Positions 48,544 through 61,900 of a stretch of DNA of 64,000 bases are shown in pieces. Under the pieces are notes generated by a model that did not search any database, was not told where the DNA came from, and saw only the letters and a program-made list of their open reading frames with translations. The stretch comes from Massalongia carnosa. Taxonomy: Eukaryota. Where the stretch lies: contig OZ287080.1 of assembly GCA_965645245.1 (NCBI GenBank), positions 992,001 to 1,056,000 of the forward strand. The letters run 5' to 3'. Each line of letters begins with the position of its first letter. Within the stretch, counting starts at the first letter, position 1. The translations under genes were made by a program, and so were the position numbers.

Positions 48544-51500
48544 AAGAAGCAATCTGGGAGAACGTTGGGGGAGAATTAAAAGGATGATGTATGGCTTTGT
48601 TTTTTCATTGGCGAGATCCTTACCTTTCGAAGGACTTGTATCTCATTGTCTAGGTTTCTGATAGACAAAAGTGCTCGTTATCAATGAGTTCTGAAACGTA
48701 GTGCAGTACCCCGAGGCTTTGACATTACTATTGCTTAACAGGTCAAACCAATCCCCCCCACCACCAGACCCCTATCCTTCACCTTCACCTTTTCCAACCA
48801 GCCCCCTTTCTAACCATACACCCCTCCACCCACCCAATCTAGCTCCACCCTAGCAAAAGTACAGCCCCTGGTGCGGGAGGGTGCCGAAAAACATGGGATG
48901 GGATGGAGATTATTTGGATTGATTGGATTATTCAACGTGAGGTAGGGCAGACCTAGGAAGAGAAATCTACATAACTTGTCTCAGACTTAAGATGTACTAT
49001 AACTATCGTCCTCTGATACCGATGTTCCTGCACCCACTTGTTCCGGCAGGGGGCAATGGGGTTACTCGGCGCAGGGATTGCAGAAAAGGGGGTGTTTGGT
49101 CAGGAGTATGGAGATAGGTCTGCGTTGGAAAGATTGGGGAAGGCTTAGATAGAGGGGGTGGTGGCAATGGATATTCCCTTGAGCTGCTTACCACTCAGGA
49201 AGCTGCGTATATGCCGGACAGTGCCGGGAAGGTGTTGTTGGGTTAAGCTATCGATATCTCTAGGAGCTGCGTTAGGACTACCTATCTAGTCATGAGTACG
49301 GGGCAATTAACTACTAGGTCAACAGGAACGTCATTCTGCTCTTGGGTGCCAAGTTTTAAACTCGCAACTGACTGGGTGGGTTTTTTGGTAGGAGGTTTTT
49401 CTGAAAGAAAAAAAAAACAGCGGTAGGCTATCTTAATATGGAGCTATCCGGGAGGGGTCTATCAAAGCCGGATAGGATGCTTTTAAGAAATGTATCGGAA
49501 ATATGGGGTTGAAAAGCACCCAGTTGCCTACCAATCTAGTTAATGTTCCCCCCACTCCGAGACCTTTGTCAATGTGGGCATGTGTGCCCACCAGTTAACG
49601 AAAACGCCGTTCTCGGATTGCGTTTTGCTGCTTATTCTCTCCCCTACCTGATCATTTTTACCCACTGAGCAATGTGGGAGCACAACTTCGAGGTGCCGGT
49701 AGGTGATGCCGATTTGTGACGCTGGCAGGTAGCTTACCGAGCAAAAGGTTTGCACATGTTGTGTTCGCAATAATTACCGAGGTGGTAGATAACGCGTTTC
49801 ACTGATTGGTAGCCTTTCTTGTAAGGACAAACCCTTTTAGCTGCCATCTGGAATGTGGCCCCAAGATAGGGTTGCCTCCGTTGGAAAGATAATAATTCCA
49901 GCAGCCGTCGGAAGCGCTGGAGGAGACACAAGAAGGCTAGTCGTTCCAAAGTAGTGATACCTATGCAAGCCTTTAGCCAATCGTGGAATTGATGGGGTGT
50001 AATGGTTCCATGTGGAACTGATATCTCTCTTGAGGGGACCGCGTTCGCGGCGTTGGGTCACCACTAAAGCACTCAGCATGGAGAAAATCCAGAGTACCAC
50101 GATACCCTGCAAGGATACTGCAGTGTAGAGTTGAGGGACTGGAAATAGTTTTATTGGGCGCCCACGTTGGACAATGCGGTGCAATTCTCAGGCTCGTTCT
50201 CGAGCTGGACAACCATCTCTTTTGACTTTCAGCACGACAACCCATGCTTCTCAAGCCCAAGGGCTAAATGGTTCAACGAGAACGTCCAAGAAGGGTGAGA
50301 AACCATTGTTAGTCTCACTCTTTGGCGGGATCGAAGTTGTAAGATTCAAACAGTAGAGACGTGTGGTATGAAAAGACGTTAGGACGACCGTTTGATCCGC
50401 CCTAGCTACGAGAAATGAGTTCTACGAGTTATTTATATCTGCATCTCTTGCGAGTTTTCCCCAAGCTAGCGGCAATACAATTCGGGCCCAGTTATAAAGA
50501 GATATGACTGCGGGATTTGCGTCATGGGCTTACAGAACTAGAGTCATGTTCCGAAAAAACCCGCTCGAAGTGGCAGAGCAGGGTGCGTCGGAAGTGTGAG
50601 GGAAAATGGTGGATCGACTGCGTCCAGGCAAAGAAATAGATTTGGTCTTGAACTTGATTGGTTTGAGACGTGTGAAATATGAACGTGAGCTGCCTGAGGG
50701 TGGCGTGATGTTGTGATACAGAGTACCGGCCGTTTGGAAACAATGAATTGGACTAGTTGGCCAGGCCTGAAATCGAAGAAAGAAACCCATGGCGAATTTT
50801 GAACGAACGTCTCTCCTCGAGATGATGGAGCCATGCTGGTCTCTGTGCGCCACGCCACGCATGGACTTGGTTTCCTGTCCGGGGGCAAGAGGACGAAAAT
50901 CTCAAACCTTAGGTATGTGGGCAAATAGCCAGAACCGACTCAACTACTATGTACAAGGCATTACGTATCAAATTTTCCAGCGTCATCCAGGGATTTTCCC
51001 AGACGGGTACCTTCGCCCTTAACGCATACAGGGAAACCCGTCTCACTGAATGGTCACGACAACGAACAGTTCCATGATCCATGACCCATCATGGTTAGGT
51101 ACACCTAGCTGGATACAGAGTAACTATGTATAATATATAATACGGAAATGGCGATGAAAACGGTTTCCGAGACCGGCACGGGCCGATCCCTCGAGCGAGT
51201 ACCGTACCATCGTACAGTGTATTAGACTCGGCTCCGGACGTTGCACTTGTAGGGTTAGCTAACTTTCTTCCATAGGGTAGGTAGGTAGATACGCAGTTAC
51301 CTACAGTACCTACCTAACTCAGGTAAGACCCTTAGGTGCCTACCTTACCTAGGTACCTACCTAGGCACAGCATACTGTGTACCTAGAGAGTATCATAGCT
51401 ACTGTAGAATCAAACCTTGAGGAGTCACGTGGTCGCTAAGTTTATCGTGTGCCTCTCTTGCCTCAGATGCCTCTCCTCCAGTCTGCAGTCACAGATGAGG

Positions 51501-53572
51501 TATACAGATAAGGTGGCCCGGTACATAAGCATGAGTTTGTGGGTTTGCAGTTGCCTTCCTATCACTCTTCAATCTGACCCAAGAAGACAAAAGGCCAAAA
51601 CTCCCTTGGTACGATCTCTCCATCCCCTCCCGTACTTAATCTTTCCTTGCAGCATCACTGACCACTTCATCGTAGACGCTCGTCATCTCATGACAGATGC
51701 ACTTCCTAGCCTTTGGTTAAACAGGATCAGTTTCCAACGTGGCACCAAGCAATGGCCGCGGAGCTCCATCTCGATTTGGCTTGTCTGCGATGCAAATCAC
51801 TGTCTGTCATGACAGAAGCCGGCGCCGATATTGAATATGCTTTCACTTTCCTGCACAGCAAGTTTTGGTCTACCAGATCGTTCTCCATCAGATCTGGGGC
51901 ACACAATGCCCAAAAGTTTATCAGCATAAACGTGCAGCGTTAGCCTTCGCTTTACTGGGCTAGTTGTATATTTGCGTCGATGAATAACATCATGACGAAA
52001 CGGCCAGATTACCTCACCTAAAATCCCCAGCAGTCGACTGTTTCCCAGCCTTTAATGGTGAAGCAATGGCGTTCCAAGAGCGTGTCCTCACGGTATGCTC
52101 ATTGGTGCAATACTCCCCGTTTGGTCTTGCCTCATCCATCCAAGTCGACTCAACGTCTTCATTCCCAAAAATCCGACCCATTTCGGCTTGAGAAATTCCT
52201 CCGAGACCTTGCTATTCGTCGGGGCCGCTCCAAGAATATTCAATTCTTCGAAACTTGCATGTGGTGGCTGCGTTTCTGCAACCCCTGTGCAGCACCCCAC
52301 CTCTTAGTAGAGACTAGAAATCTATTATGTACTTCGGCGGAACTCGCTGATCATGTTTTTTCTACGAAAGGGTTGCCAAAATGCGAATGATTGGCACACC
52401 ATGGCTTTGCCAAAGGGAAAGGTCACCTGTTGATAAGCTTTCACTACATTTGTGCTAGTTCCTGACAGCTGGACATTCTCTGTGGCAATTCCTTCCTTTG
52501 TGTCACTCACACTCTATGGCTTCAATTTGCCCTGGCCAGTATATGGATTGGATAGAATGGATTCTTTCCACAGGAGCCTTTCAGGGAACTAGGGAGTTGG
52601 GACGAAACCACCTGGTACGTACTTCAATTTCGGGCACCAGCACGCATCGCATGACTGTTCATCAAACTACTGAGCATACAGATGTGTTTTCAATGCAGTG
52701 GTTAAGTGGCATTCAAACCCTGGATGAGATTTGCCTTTAGAGCGCAGCAGAGCTATAGGATAATCCACCCCAGGAGAAAGCCTTGGTTTCAAACTTATCT
52801 CGTCATCTGCTCGATAGTGGCTTTTCAGCGAGAGGGGGAAATCACACCTGATCTGCAGCGCTGACAATACCCCTCTATGGTTCTGCACGTCAAAGGACGG
52901 CTGCACAGGCCACAGCAGTTCACTTAGGCTCCCCACCCAGGACCAATCATTCTGTCAGCAATTTGATGTCGTAGGGTGTCCATATGTCTGCGTCGATAGG
53001 AGTGTATATTCCTGCTTTTTTTCAGCTCTTTAATGCCACATGCTGCATGTTGTAGGGTATTCGCCAGGATTGAAGACATTCACAGCGCATAGGCTATAAG
53101 CTCGATCCGCGCTACGGATCTGTCCCCACAGACCTCATGTTCGCCAAGAATTAGAGAATAAAAGCTCTCACAGCGGATGAAGATTTTGGGTATACCCCGA
53201 AACATAATCTATGATCTCTAACGAGTTGGCATTCTTGAAAATTTGGGTATACCATGGGTTCATCGTCCCCCTTCGCAGCCTCTTTACCTAGCAAACTCAG
53301 TGTGGCAGCGTGACTCTGATGCTGTGCTCCCAGAGACGGCAGACTAAGTGCTTAGCAGGATAGAACGTATTCTTCGATCGCAAAGTATAGAGTATCTGGG
53401 TCCTCGGCGTGCAGCGCAACGTTCATGATCCCAACTTTGGCAGGAACATCAATCCAGTAATGGTACTGCATCTTTGTTCTATCTGTCCTGGCATTTTCCA
53501 GATATCTGAAGGCTTCGCTCGATAAACGCCGGTCATCTTGAGAGGTTATGAGAACTGACATTTGCACAGTCG

Positions 53573-55961
53573 ATGTCAACCCCTTCATACGATCCAGCCT
53601 GCGACCAATGTCGACTGAAGAAGATCCGATGTGGTCGGGAGCAGCCACGATGTACCAATTGCCAGCGAAGTGGTGTCCCGTGTGGTTTTTCGGAGCGTGG
53701 GAAAAGATCAAGTCAAGGCCGGCTCGTGTTCGTAATTCTCGTTCTGAATCTTCTCCTCTTTACCGAAAGCCATATAGCCTTCACAACCGATCCTATTTCA
53801 CGCCGCTTTGAGCAGCGAAAAAACGCTTTCTATTGATGACTGTTCATGACTGATGCTTACTCGAGCATTACCAACTTAGTATCGATCACCTAGAAGGAGT
53901 AAAGTCGCGTCTCGACACTATGGAAAAGACAATGTCCCAACTTAGTGATATGGTTGCAACGATCATGAACAATATGTTACCGAAAGACCAGGTTATGCTC
54001 TCTGGCCCTATGCTCAAAACAGGCGAAGCAAATCATCGTGCTTCAATCGAAGGTCAACAGAGCCGGTTACATCGGAACAGCGCTTCTGGTTTTGATAAAC
54101 AATACCATGGGCCAACTTCAATAAGGTCGTTGATGGAAAATATTCGATCATCCTTGGAAACCATTGTTTCCGCAGAGGACGAGGATTGTATGAATGATGG
54201 GCCAGAAGGCCTTTCCGATGGATGTATACGGGAATGCATGACCTTGATGGAAGGTTTGGCGCACTCGCTGGAGACAGAGAAACTATCAGATCAGCACAGC
54301 GAGGATAATCCGCTTGTATTGCCTCCTAGAAGACTGCTGGATACTTTTATCAACGTCTATTTTGATCAGATTAATTGGATACTCCCTCTTTTTAGTAAAG
54401 ATGTGTTTTTTGAGAACGTTCGTCGGATCTATGCGCTAGAGCGTGGTGCCAGCGGTGCTTGGGTGCTTTGTTTAAATGGTATTATTTTACTGAGTCTGAA
54501 CGACGGAGTTCTAAGATCTGCAAAAAAAGCCGAGGGTGGAGAAGGTGCTGTGCTGAATGAAATGGTAGGAGCGGACTTGGTGAAGCCGCTTCATGCAAAC
54601 TTCAAGCGAGGCTTGAACGAGTTGCAGTCCCTCCTTGAGCCGAGCTTGGTAAATGTACAAGCGTTGATCTTGATGGTGAGTCTTTGCTTCTTCGAACACC
54701 GATGCTACGACGCCTTCAACTAGTATGGTCCTAGCGCTTACAACTCGTACAGTGCTTGAGCGCTCAAGAAAATTTCCAGTCCCGGCTGTCGTCGCTTCTC
54801 CTCCACCAAGCGTGCTTCGTGGCGAAGTCAATGGGACTTCACCAGCAAGAAACAGAGCCATCGAGTCGAAACAAGAAGGAAGCGCTAGAGCGAAAATATG
54901 TTTTCTGGACACTCTATATAATTGATAAATCAATCAGTATAAACCTGGGGATTCCGTGTTGCCTCCCAAGCTTTGATTGTGCCGTTGAGCTGCCCAAGGA
55001 TGACCCCGCCAACCCGTTCTTGAAACAGCTAAGGGCAAGGGTTGAGCTTGCTAGCATCCAGGAAGATATCTATCGGAGTCTTTATTCAAGCCAAGCCTGC
55101 AGAAGGGGTGATCTGGAAGCAAGCAGCCAACAATCTAGATTGGACCGCGAGCTGACTACATGGATAAGGGACAAGGCCGAATTGTGTACCGATGACATTG
55201 GTGGAAATAATCGTTCTTCGCCGAAAAACTTCCAAGCAGGCATCGCCTTGAGCTATACATATCATAGCACTCGTATCCTTCTACATCGAGCGGGAAACAA
55301 GCCGTCAGACCAGGAACAGTGCCGTGAGGACGCACGAGCTTGCTTACACATATTCACACGTCTCAACCGCCATTCTGCATCGGTTGAGTCCGCGATTGCA
55401 TCGCGTCAGATCATTCGAGATCATCCACTTATCCCTTTCTTCATACTTTTTGCTAATGTCATCCGAGATTCTCCTTTGGAAGATTCGGCTCAAGATCTTC
55501 ATCTCATGCTCCTTGCCACCGACGTGTTGCAGCATATGGAACTTTTTGCCAAGGATCGATCACATATTCCGCAGCTCCTTCTTGTGGCTTCCTCGTGCTG
55601 CGAAGCTGCAGGCGCTATTATACGCAAAGCTAGCATTATAGATTCATCCCCATCTACTCAAGGGTTCAATAACAGCGGAGCCGCTAGTTCATCTGCTCAT
55701 AGCAGCATCGTAAATAGTAGCGTGGATCCATGGGCCATTGACACTAGAATGTGGACTAGCATCGTTCCTAGGTCTCCAACCCTTATAGGCATAGCTCATC
55801 CGTCGGAAGGGCCACAGAGTTGGAATTATAATTTTTCACATATGAGCGAACCTATCGGTGATGAAAGCGCTCGAACCGTTGGATCTAGCAACACCACTGG
55901 ATATGATGTCCATGGCGGCGTCAGAATGGTATCCTGGGGTCCGGGAGCAGCATTGATTTAG
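53573..55961 (+). CDS. Zn(II)2Cys6 fungal-specific transcription factor (multi-exon)
   Basis: ACDQCRLKKIRC..PRCTNC..C binuclear cluster; Fungal_trans motifs NVQALILM, AKSMGLHQ and ERKYVFWTLYIIDK. Confidence 0.9.
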
Positions 55962-56345
55962 CATTGGGTGAATTCTATCATTGCATAAAGGCTACTGAGT
56001 TCCGGTGTCAAGGACGGATAAAAGCCGAAGGTGGAGCTTGGTAGTCATATAAGGGCCTCTCGATGATGAGGAGCGCGCAATAGCGTAACAGGCGTGATGA
56101 AAAAGGTGAAAAATAAACAATTTCGATGATCTGGGATCATCAGTTCGATGTTTTATAGGTCTCCGTAGGTATATAGAGGAACATTGGGTTCCTGTAGTCA
56201 ACGCGTTTGCGCTTGCTCATACGCCACAGTGAATTAAAATTACGCTCGCGCCTAACCAGTTCATCATCTAGTACGGAGTATATCTGCAATTCGTCAACTC
56301 ATTCGAGAAAGCTCTTCGAAGGATATTCCACAAGCCAATCCATGT

Positions 56346-58131
56346 ATGGCAGTATCAGGGATCGCAGGCTCCATGCTACGTGTCGATTTTAATGGCCCTC
56401 TCAGGATTTCTCTAAGGCCCCTCAACTCCCATTGCCTGTTCTGCCGGCAAATACGAGATTCCGCTCGCCGATTTACAACATCAGCTAGTTTTGGGATTAA
56501 ACATGGGAAGGCGCAGGATAAGGGTCCGTTTCGATCACGTCTCCGTACTGCTCTCCGGAACACGAAAGTGGATTGGGCTCCCATCCCGGTCGGTCTAGGC
56601 ATTGCCTTCCTTGGAGCAGTCCAGTTCTACAGAGTTCGGGCACGCGAGAGAAAAAATCGAGATGAGGATAACCACAGGTTGGATGGGAGTAACGAGAGCA
56701 GCTATGACGAGCAAGGAAGGCCGAAGAAGAGAAAGCGCATACGGCCGAGTGGCCCTTGGTATGCAATCTGGTTCCGTGCCTAGCTGACACTCCCACCGTT
56801 GCTATTTCTAACCAACACTCACTCAGGCAGGTTCAGGTTATGTCAACTCTGCCTCTAAAAGCTATCTCAAGGATCTGGGGTCGTTTCAATGAACTGCAGA
56901 TCCCATACTACCTTCGAGTTCCAGGATTTAGGCTCTACTCCTGGATATTTGGGGTCAAGTGAGCCTGGTCGAAACACTGCCGCGCTCTTGTACTAACTAT
57001 ATACTCTTTAGCCTTTCTGAAGTTTCCGAGCCTGATCTGCACACATATCCAAACCTTGCTTCATTCTTCTACCGTACCCTCAAGCCTGGCATGCGCCCAC
57101 TAGATACGAATGCCTCCGCGCTTTTGTCGCCTGCTGATGGCCGAGTTTTGCAGTTTGGGATGATCGAAAACGGCGAAGTGGAACAAGTAAAGGGTATGAC
57201 GTACAGTCTTGACGCGCTTTTAGGTAGTGAGCCACCGAAAGCACGGGAGTTGACGAGCACCAAGAATGAAGGTGATGTCTCTATTTCAGACCAATCCTCA
57301 GGTCCAGCCGATAACGAGGATATAATAAAGGCAGACGAGGAGTTTGCAAACATGAATGGCATACCCTACACTCTTCCAGACCTCCTCTCAGGCTCTCGAT
57401 CTCAAGAACAGATTCCATCAATGGACGCATCTACTACCCCCAAACCCTCGTCGGAAGCCGAGGTTCGCACCGATCTGGCTTTGGGGGATGGCAGCAGTCG
57501 CTCATGGTTCTCGCCCACCTCTACGAAAATCTCCACTACACTCTACTATCTAGTAATTTACCTAGCCCCCGGTGACTATCACCGCTTCCACTCCCCAGCG
57601 TCGTGGGTGGTGGAGAAACGTCGGCACTTTGCCGGCGAGCTTTACAGTGTGTCGCCATACCTTCAACGCACGCTCTCAGGGCTCTTTACCCTAAATGAGC
57701 GCGTCGTCCTCCTGGGCCGTTGGCGATGGGGATTCTTCAGTTTCACTCCCGTCGGCGCCACGAATGTAGGATCTATCAAGATCAACTTCGACGCCGAGCT
57801 CCGGACCAACAGCCTCACCACCGACACCGCGGCCGACCGCGCAGCCGAGGAAGCCTCTGAACGAGGGGAACGGTATTCGGGTTTCGCGGAAGCGACGTAT
57901 CAAGCCGCAAGCAAAATTTTGGGGGGGCACGCGCTACGCAGAGGGGAGGAGATGGGTGGATTCCAGCTGGGCAGCTCGATTGTACTGGTCTTTGAGGCGC
58001 CGAGAAGGAAAAGAGCCAGTTTCGACGACGGATGGGGCGAGGAGGGCATGGGAAAGGGAGGGTGGCGGTGGGGGGTGGAGAAGGGGCAGAAAGTTCGGGT
58101 TGGGGAGGCGGTCGGGTGGGTGGATGAGTAG
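56346..58131 (+). CDS. PSD1: Mitochondrial phosphatidylserine decarboxylase proenzyme
   Basis: SPADGRVL, VEQVKGMTYSL, YLAPGDYHRFHSP, VGATNVGSI and the FQLGSS self-cleavage motif. N-terminus resembles a presequence. Confidence 0.95.
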
Positions 58132-58965
58132 TAGTGGTTTGGGGGGATGCGAATGGGTTTGTTCATGAGTGTGCATATACATGTGTATAACATGTGTATA
58201 TATATACACGTGTTTATCAAGTTCCATTCTCCACCCTTTTGAGCTTCATACCCGTTTCGGATGCGAGTTAAGTGGTGCATGTAGCCTAAACAACATCCAC
58301 CCCACCCTGACCGATTTCTTTACTTTTTAAAGATTGTCTTATTTAATTATCCATTTTTTGGTTCTCCCTCTTTTTTCTTCCACTCCTTTCTTTCCTCTTC
58401 CAACCCCCCCCCCCTTTTTTTTTTTTCTTGCTTTCTGCTTTTGAAACAAGTGTATAGGAACAAACAGGGTAGAAAGAGACATATGATACGTATATAAATA
58501 AGTAAGCCGAACCACCCCCCAAAAAAAATTATATGTATATCTTTATATATCATTATCAATCCATTCCTCCTCTCCCCCCGCAAAAAAACCCTATACTTAC
58601 TATCGTAGGACACAAGAAAGTTTTTTAAAGATAAAACCTATCTTGAAGAAATTAATATATAATAAAAAAACACACACACCCATGTATGAGTATGCACCAC
58701 CAGAAAAGAAAGGGAAAAACCCCCCATTAACTGAGATTTGATCCCGTCGGTCCTTATGAACACCCGAATACCTCCCCCCTACTACCCCTTCCCCAACCCA
58801 AAACCGAGACCAAGATGCCCAGAAGCGCCTTGCCAGTATGCAGACAGAACAAGCGCAGGAGTAGTGAACAAGGAAGGAGGCCACCCCGTCATGCACCGCC
58901 GCCGGCCGCCGGCGAAAAAAAAAACCTCTCGGAGCTAGAGGGCAATCAAATCGATTCCTCTATAT

Positions 58966-61900
58966 TTAATATCGCAACTTCCCCACGATAGAAAACGTAT
59001 AGGCGGTCTCGGCTTCGCTTTTCATCTGAATGCGCACGAGAGAAATTAGCGGGAACCCTCGGTGATTGCTGACTTCGCTCCGATTGTACTTTTCCCTCCA
59101 GTCAAGGAGAAAGAAAAAAGGAAAGAAAATAAAGCACATACCTGAATCATATAAACTCGTGCTCTCCCACCACCCACACCTCCTACGGCTCCCACAACCC
59201 CAAGCTCCCCATTCGGCCCCACCATGTCCTCCCATACACTCAGCGCGATCCCTGTCCTAGCCACTCGTTCGAAGCAGCTTTCTCCAAGCTGCTCATCCAG
59301 CAAGACTTCCCCTTTCGTCTTACCGTTAATCACAATCCTCTTCTCGTTCGCTCGAGTCGCCGTGGAGCGGTTATCCGCACCACCACCCGCGGCCAGCGCC
59401 GGACTCGAGGGTTTCATAATGGTTAAGCGCGCCGAGCCCATGTCTCGCCATCTAGAAGCCGACTCGCGGATGTAGAGTCGTATCTTGGCATTGCTGAGAC
59501 CAATAGGAGCTACTTTGTTAGCGCCCTCGCTCCCAGGCGGGATGGGCGAGCTGGTGCCACTGCCACTAGAATTGTCAGAACTGGTATAGATGCTGTTGGC
59601 GCGGCTACCGTTGCGAGAGCTGATGGTGCTGCGCGCGATGTTGAAGCCACTACCGCCTTTACCAAACCGCTTGAGAGCTGAGAATGCACTCGCCATGCTG
59701 CCAATGCTGCTCTCACTAGGCGCTATGCTAGGGGTAGGGATGCTGTTCGCCCTGTACCCCGAAGAGCCGCCCCAGCCTCCGAACCATGAGCTAGCTCGGG
59801 AACCGCTGGCTCGAGTGCTGCCGCGACGGTCTAGGGGAGTGAATGTACTTCCTGATACGTAAGGCCCTCGTGCATTTTGAAGGGCAACGTACGTAGGATT
59901 GTTGATGCGAGAGTGATTGATCAGCGCATAGAGTGCTTCACACTCTTCAGGATTGCGGGAACGGAACATGATGTTATTACTAGAAGCAATCAAGGAGTTC
60001 GCAGTCGGAGGCGAGCGAATCGAGATATCTAGGGCAGTCCCACGGCGGAGAGGTACAAGTGGCGTTAGTTCCAGCGCAACTAGCGGACGCTCAGTCTGGG
60101 CCTCCTCTGGAGTGACAACGTTCGATGCAAGCTCGGAGAAGGCGTTGGCATCTACAACAGGCGTGCATGAAGAAATGGGAACGACTTTTGAATGGGCAGC
60201 TGACATCTTAAAGGCTTCGATAAGCCCAGGTATTATGACTATGCTGCACTCGTCTGGGTGTACACTCTCCCACAGACCTTTATCAGACCACGAGAAAATC
60301 GAAGCAATGGTTTTGGAAGCCTTTAATGGTTGAGATGGAACGGTTTTGTAGGGTGCTTGTGAAGCTGACTGCGAAGGCGAAAGAGTACCATTCGGTAACG
60401 AATAGATAGGGCCCTGCGAAGATGCCTTTGGGAAGCTTGGCAGGGTGCCAAGCGATAACAAAGGGGTTGGAGTATCTCCATCTTCAAGCTCTTCATCCTC
60501 TGAAGAATCCGATACCGAAGTCACCTCATTATGTTCAACCGTTGATGTTTCCGAATCCGAAGAGGATTCGGATGCTGTTGAAGGCTCATACTCATGTTTC
60601 AAAGGGGATGAAGACCTTCTGTTTGAGTTTCGAGCGGTCTTAGCATCTATCACAGCGGGCTTGGACCCTTTCAACTGGATTGGGCTAGGCGAGTGGTGAG
60701 GCGGGGTCGGTGGAGACGGGCATGATTCTGTCGTTTGGAGAGGCGCTGGGCGCCTTTTGGACAGCTTCGCAGGAGATATGGGCAACACCGGCTCAGCAGG
60801 TACTCCCCAATCTGGCTCTTCTTCTGGCTCATGGGCAGGCGTTGCGGGTGGGCTCTCCTTTCTAACCTTGGGGATTGTCGGAAGATCTAATGAAGGAACG
60901 GAAGACCGCGGACGTTGATGAGACGGGCGATTAATCCATTTTCGCTGAGCGACATCCGACTTCTGAATGCTATAGTTCAGGGCAAGTATGGGCTCTGGAG
61001 ACAAAGGTCGATGGTCGATAGCCTCAGGCGAGGCTGTCGGTTCTGGACTACTGGTATCCTTCGGTGGTGGTGTGGGGGGTAATGCTTCGTCTCCAATGCA
61101 GGAATCTAGCTTTGACTTCGGGCTTTGGGGTGAGCTATCTGTTTGCCTCGACAGCCTTTTTGCCTTTGATCGTCTCAATGCTGAAGGCAGAGAATTTGCA
61201 AGAGCACCAAGCGCTTCACCCAGACCTCGTGGCGTCTGGACAGTGTCACGTGATTCTGTTTGTCTGCTTGAGGCTTGGCTGGGGGCTGAACGTAGGTCAC
61301 TCACTTCATCCACAGAATTGGTCAAGAGCTTTGAGGGCGTGCTAGGTAGCGAATCAAATGGCTTCCTCTGAAGCTTACCGTTTTCTTGGGCAAGCGAAGC
61401 CACAGGAGACGCAATTGGCCGGTTTTCGAGAGGCGTTTCTATCCAAGTCTTTGATGGAGGGTTTGCTTGTTCGCCGATAGGAATTCCCACTTCTCGTGGA
61501 CTTGGTGTTCTACTCTTTCCTGGGATGCTGGGAGTGTCAGGAAGCACCAGCGCCGAAGAAGCCGTTTCAGCGATCGGTTTTTTCTTAGAGTGCTTTGTGA
61601 CAAAACTTTGCGATCTCATGATTTTCGGTGGCACTGGCGTCAAACCGATCATTTGCACCCATTCAAAACCAGCTTGCTCGTCATCAGTACGCAAATAGAA
61701 TAATTCCTGCCATACGATCCCATTGCCAGCAAAGCCTCTGATCATCACGATGATTTCACCCTTGAGATCCCCGTTTCGAGCCGAAACACGGCTCAACTGC
61801 ACGGGCGGAAAAAGCAACCACCGGCCCGTGCCATCAACTTCGCAGATGAGAAGATCGCCTCCAGCACCGCCTCCGTTGGCCTCGTCTCGTAGCAGCAATT

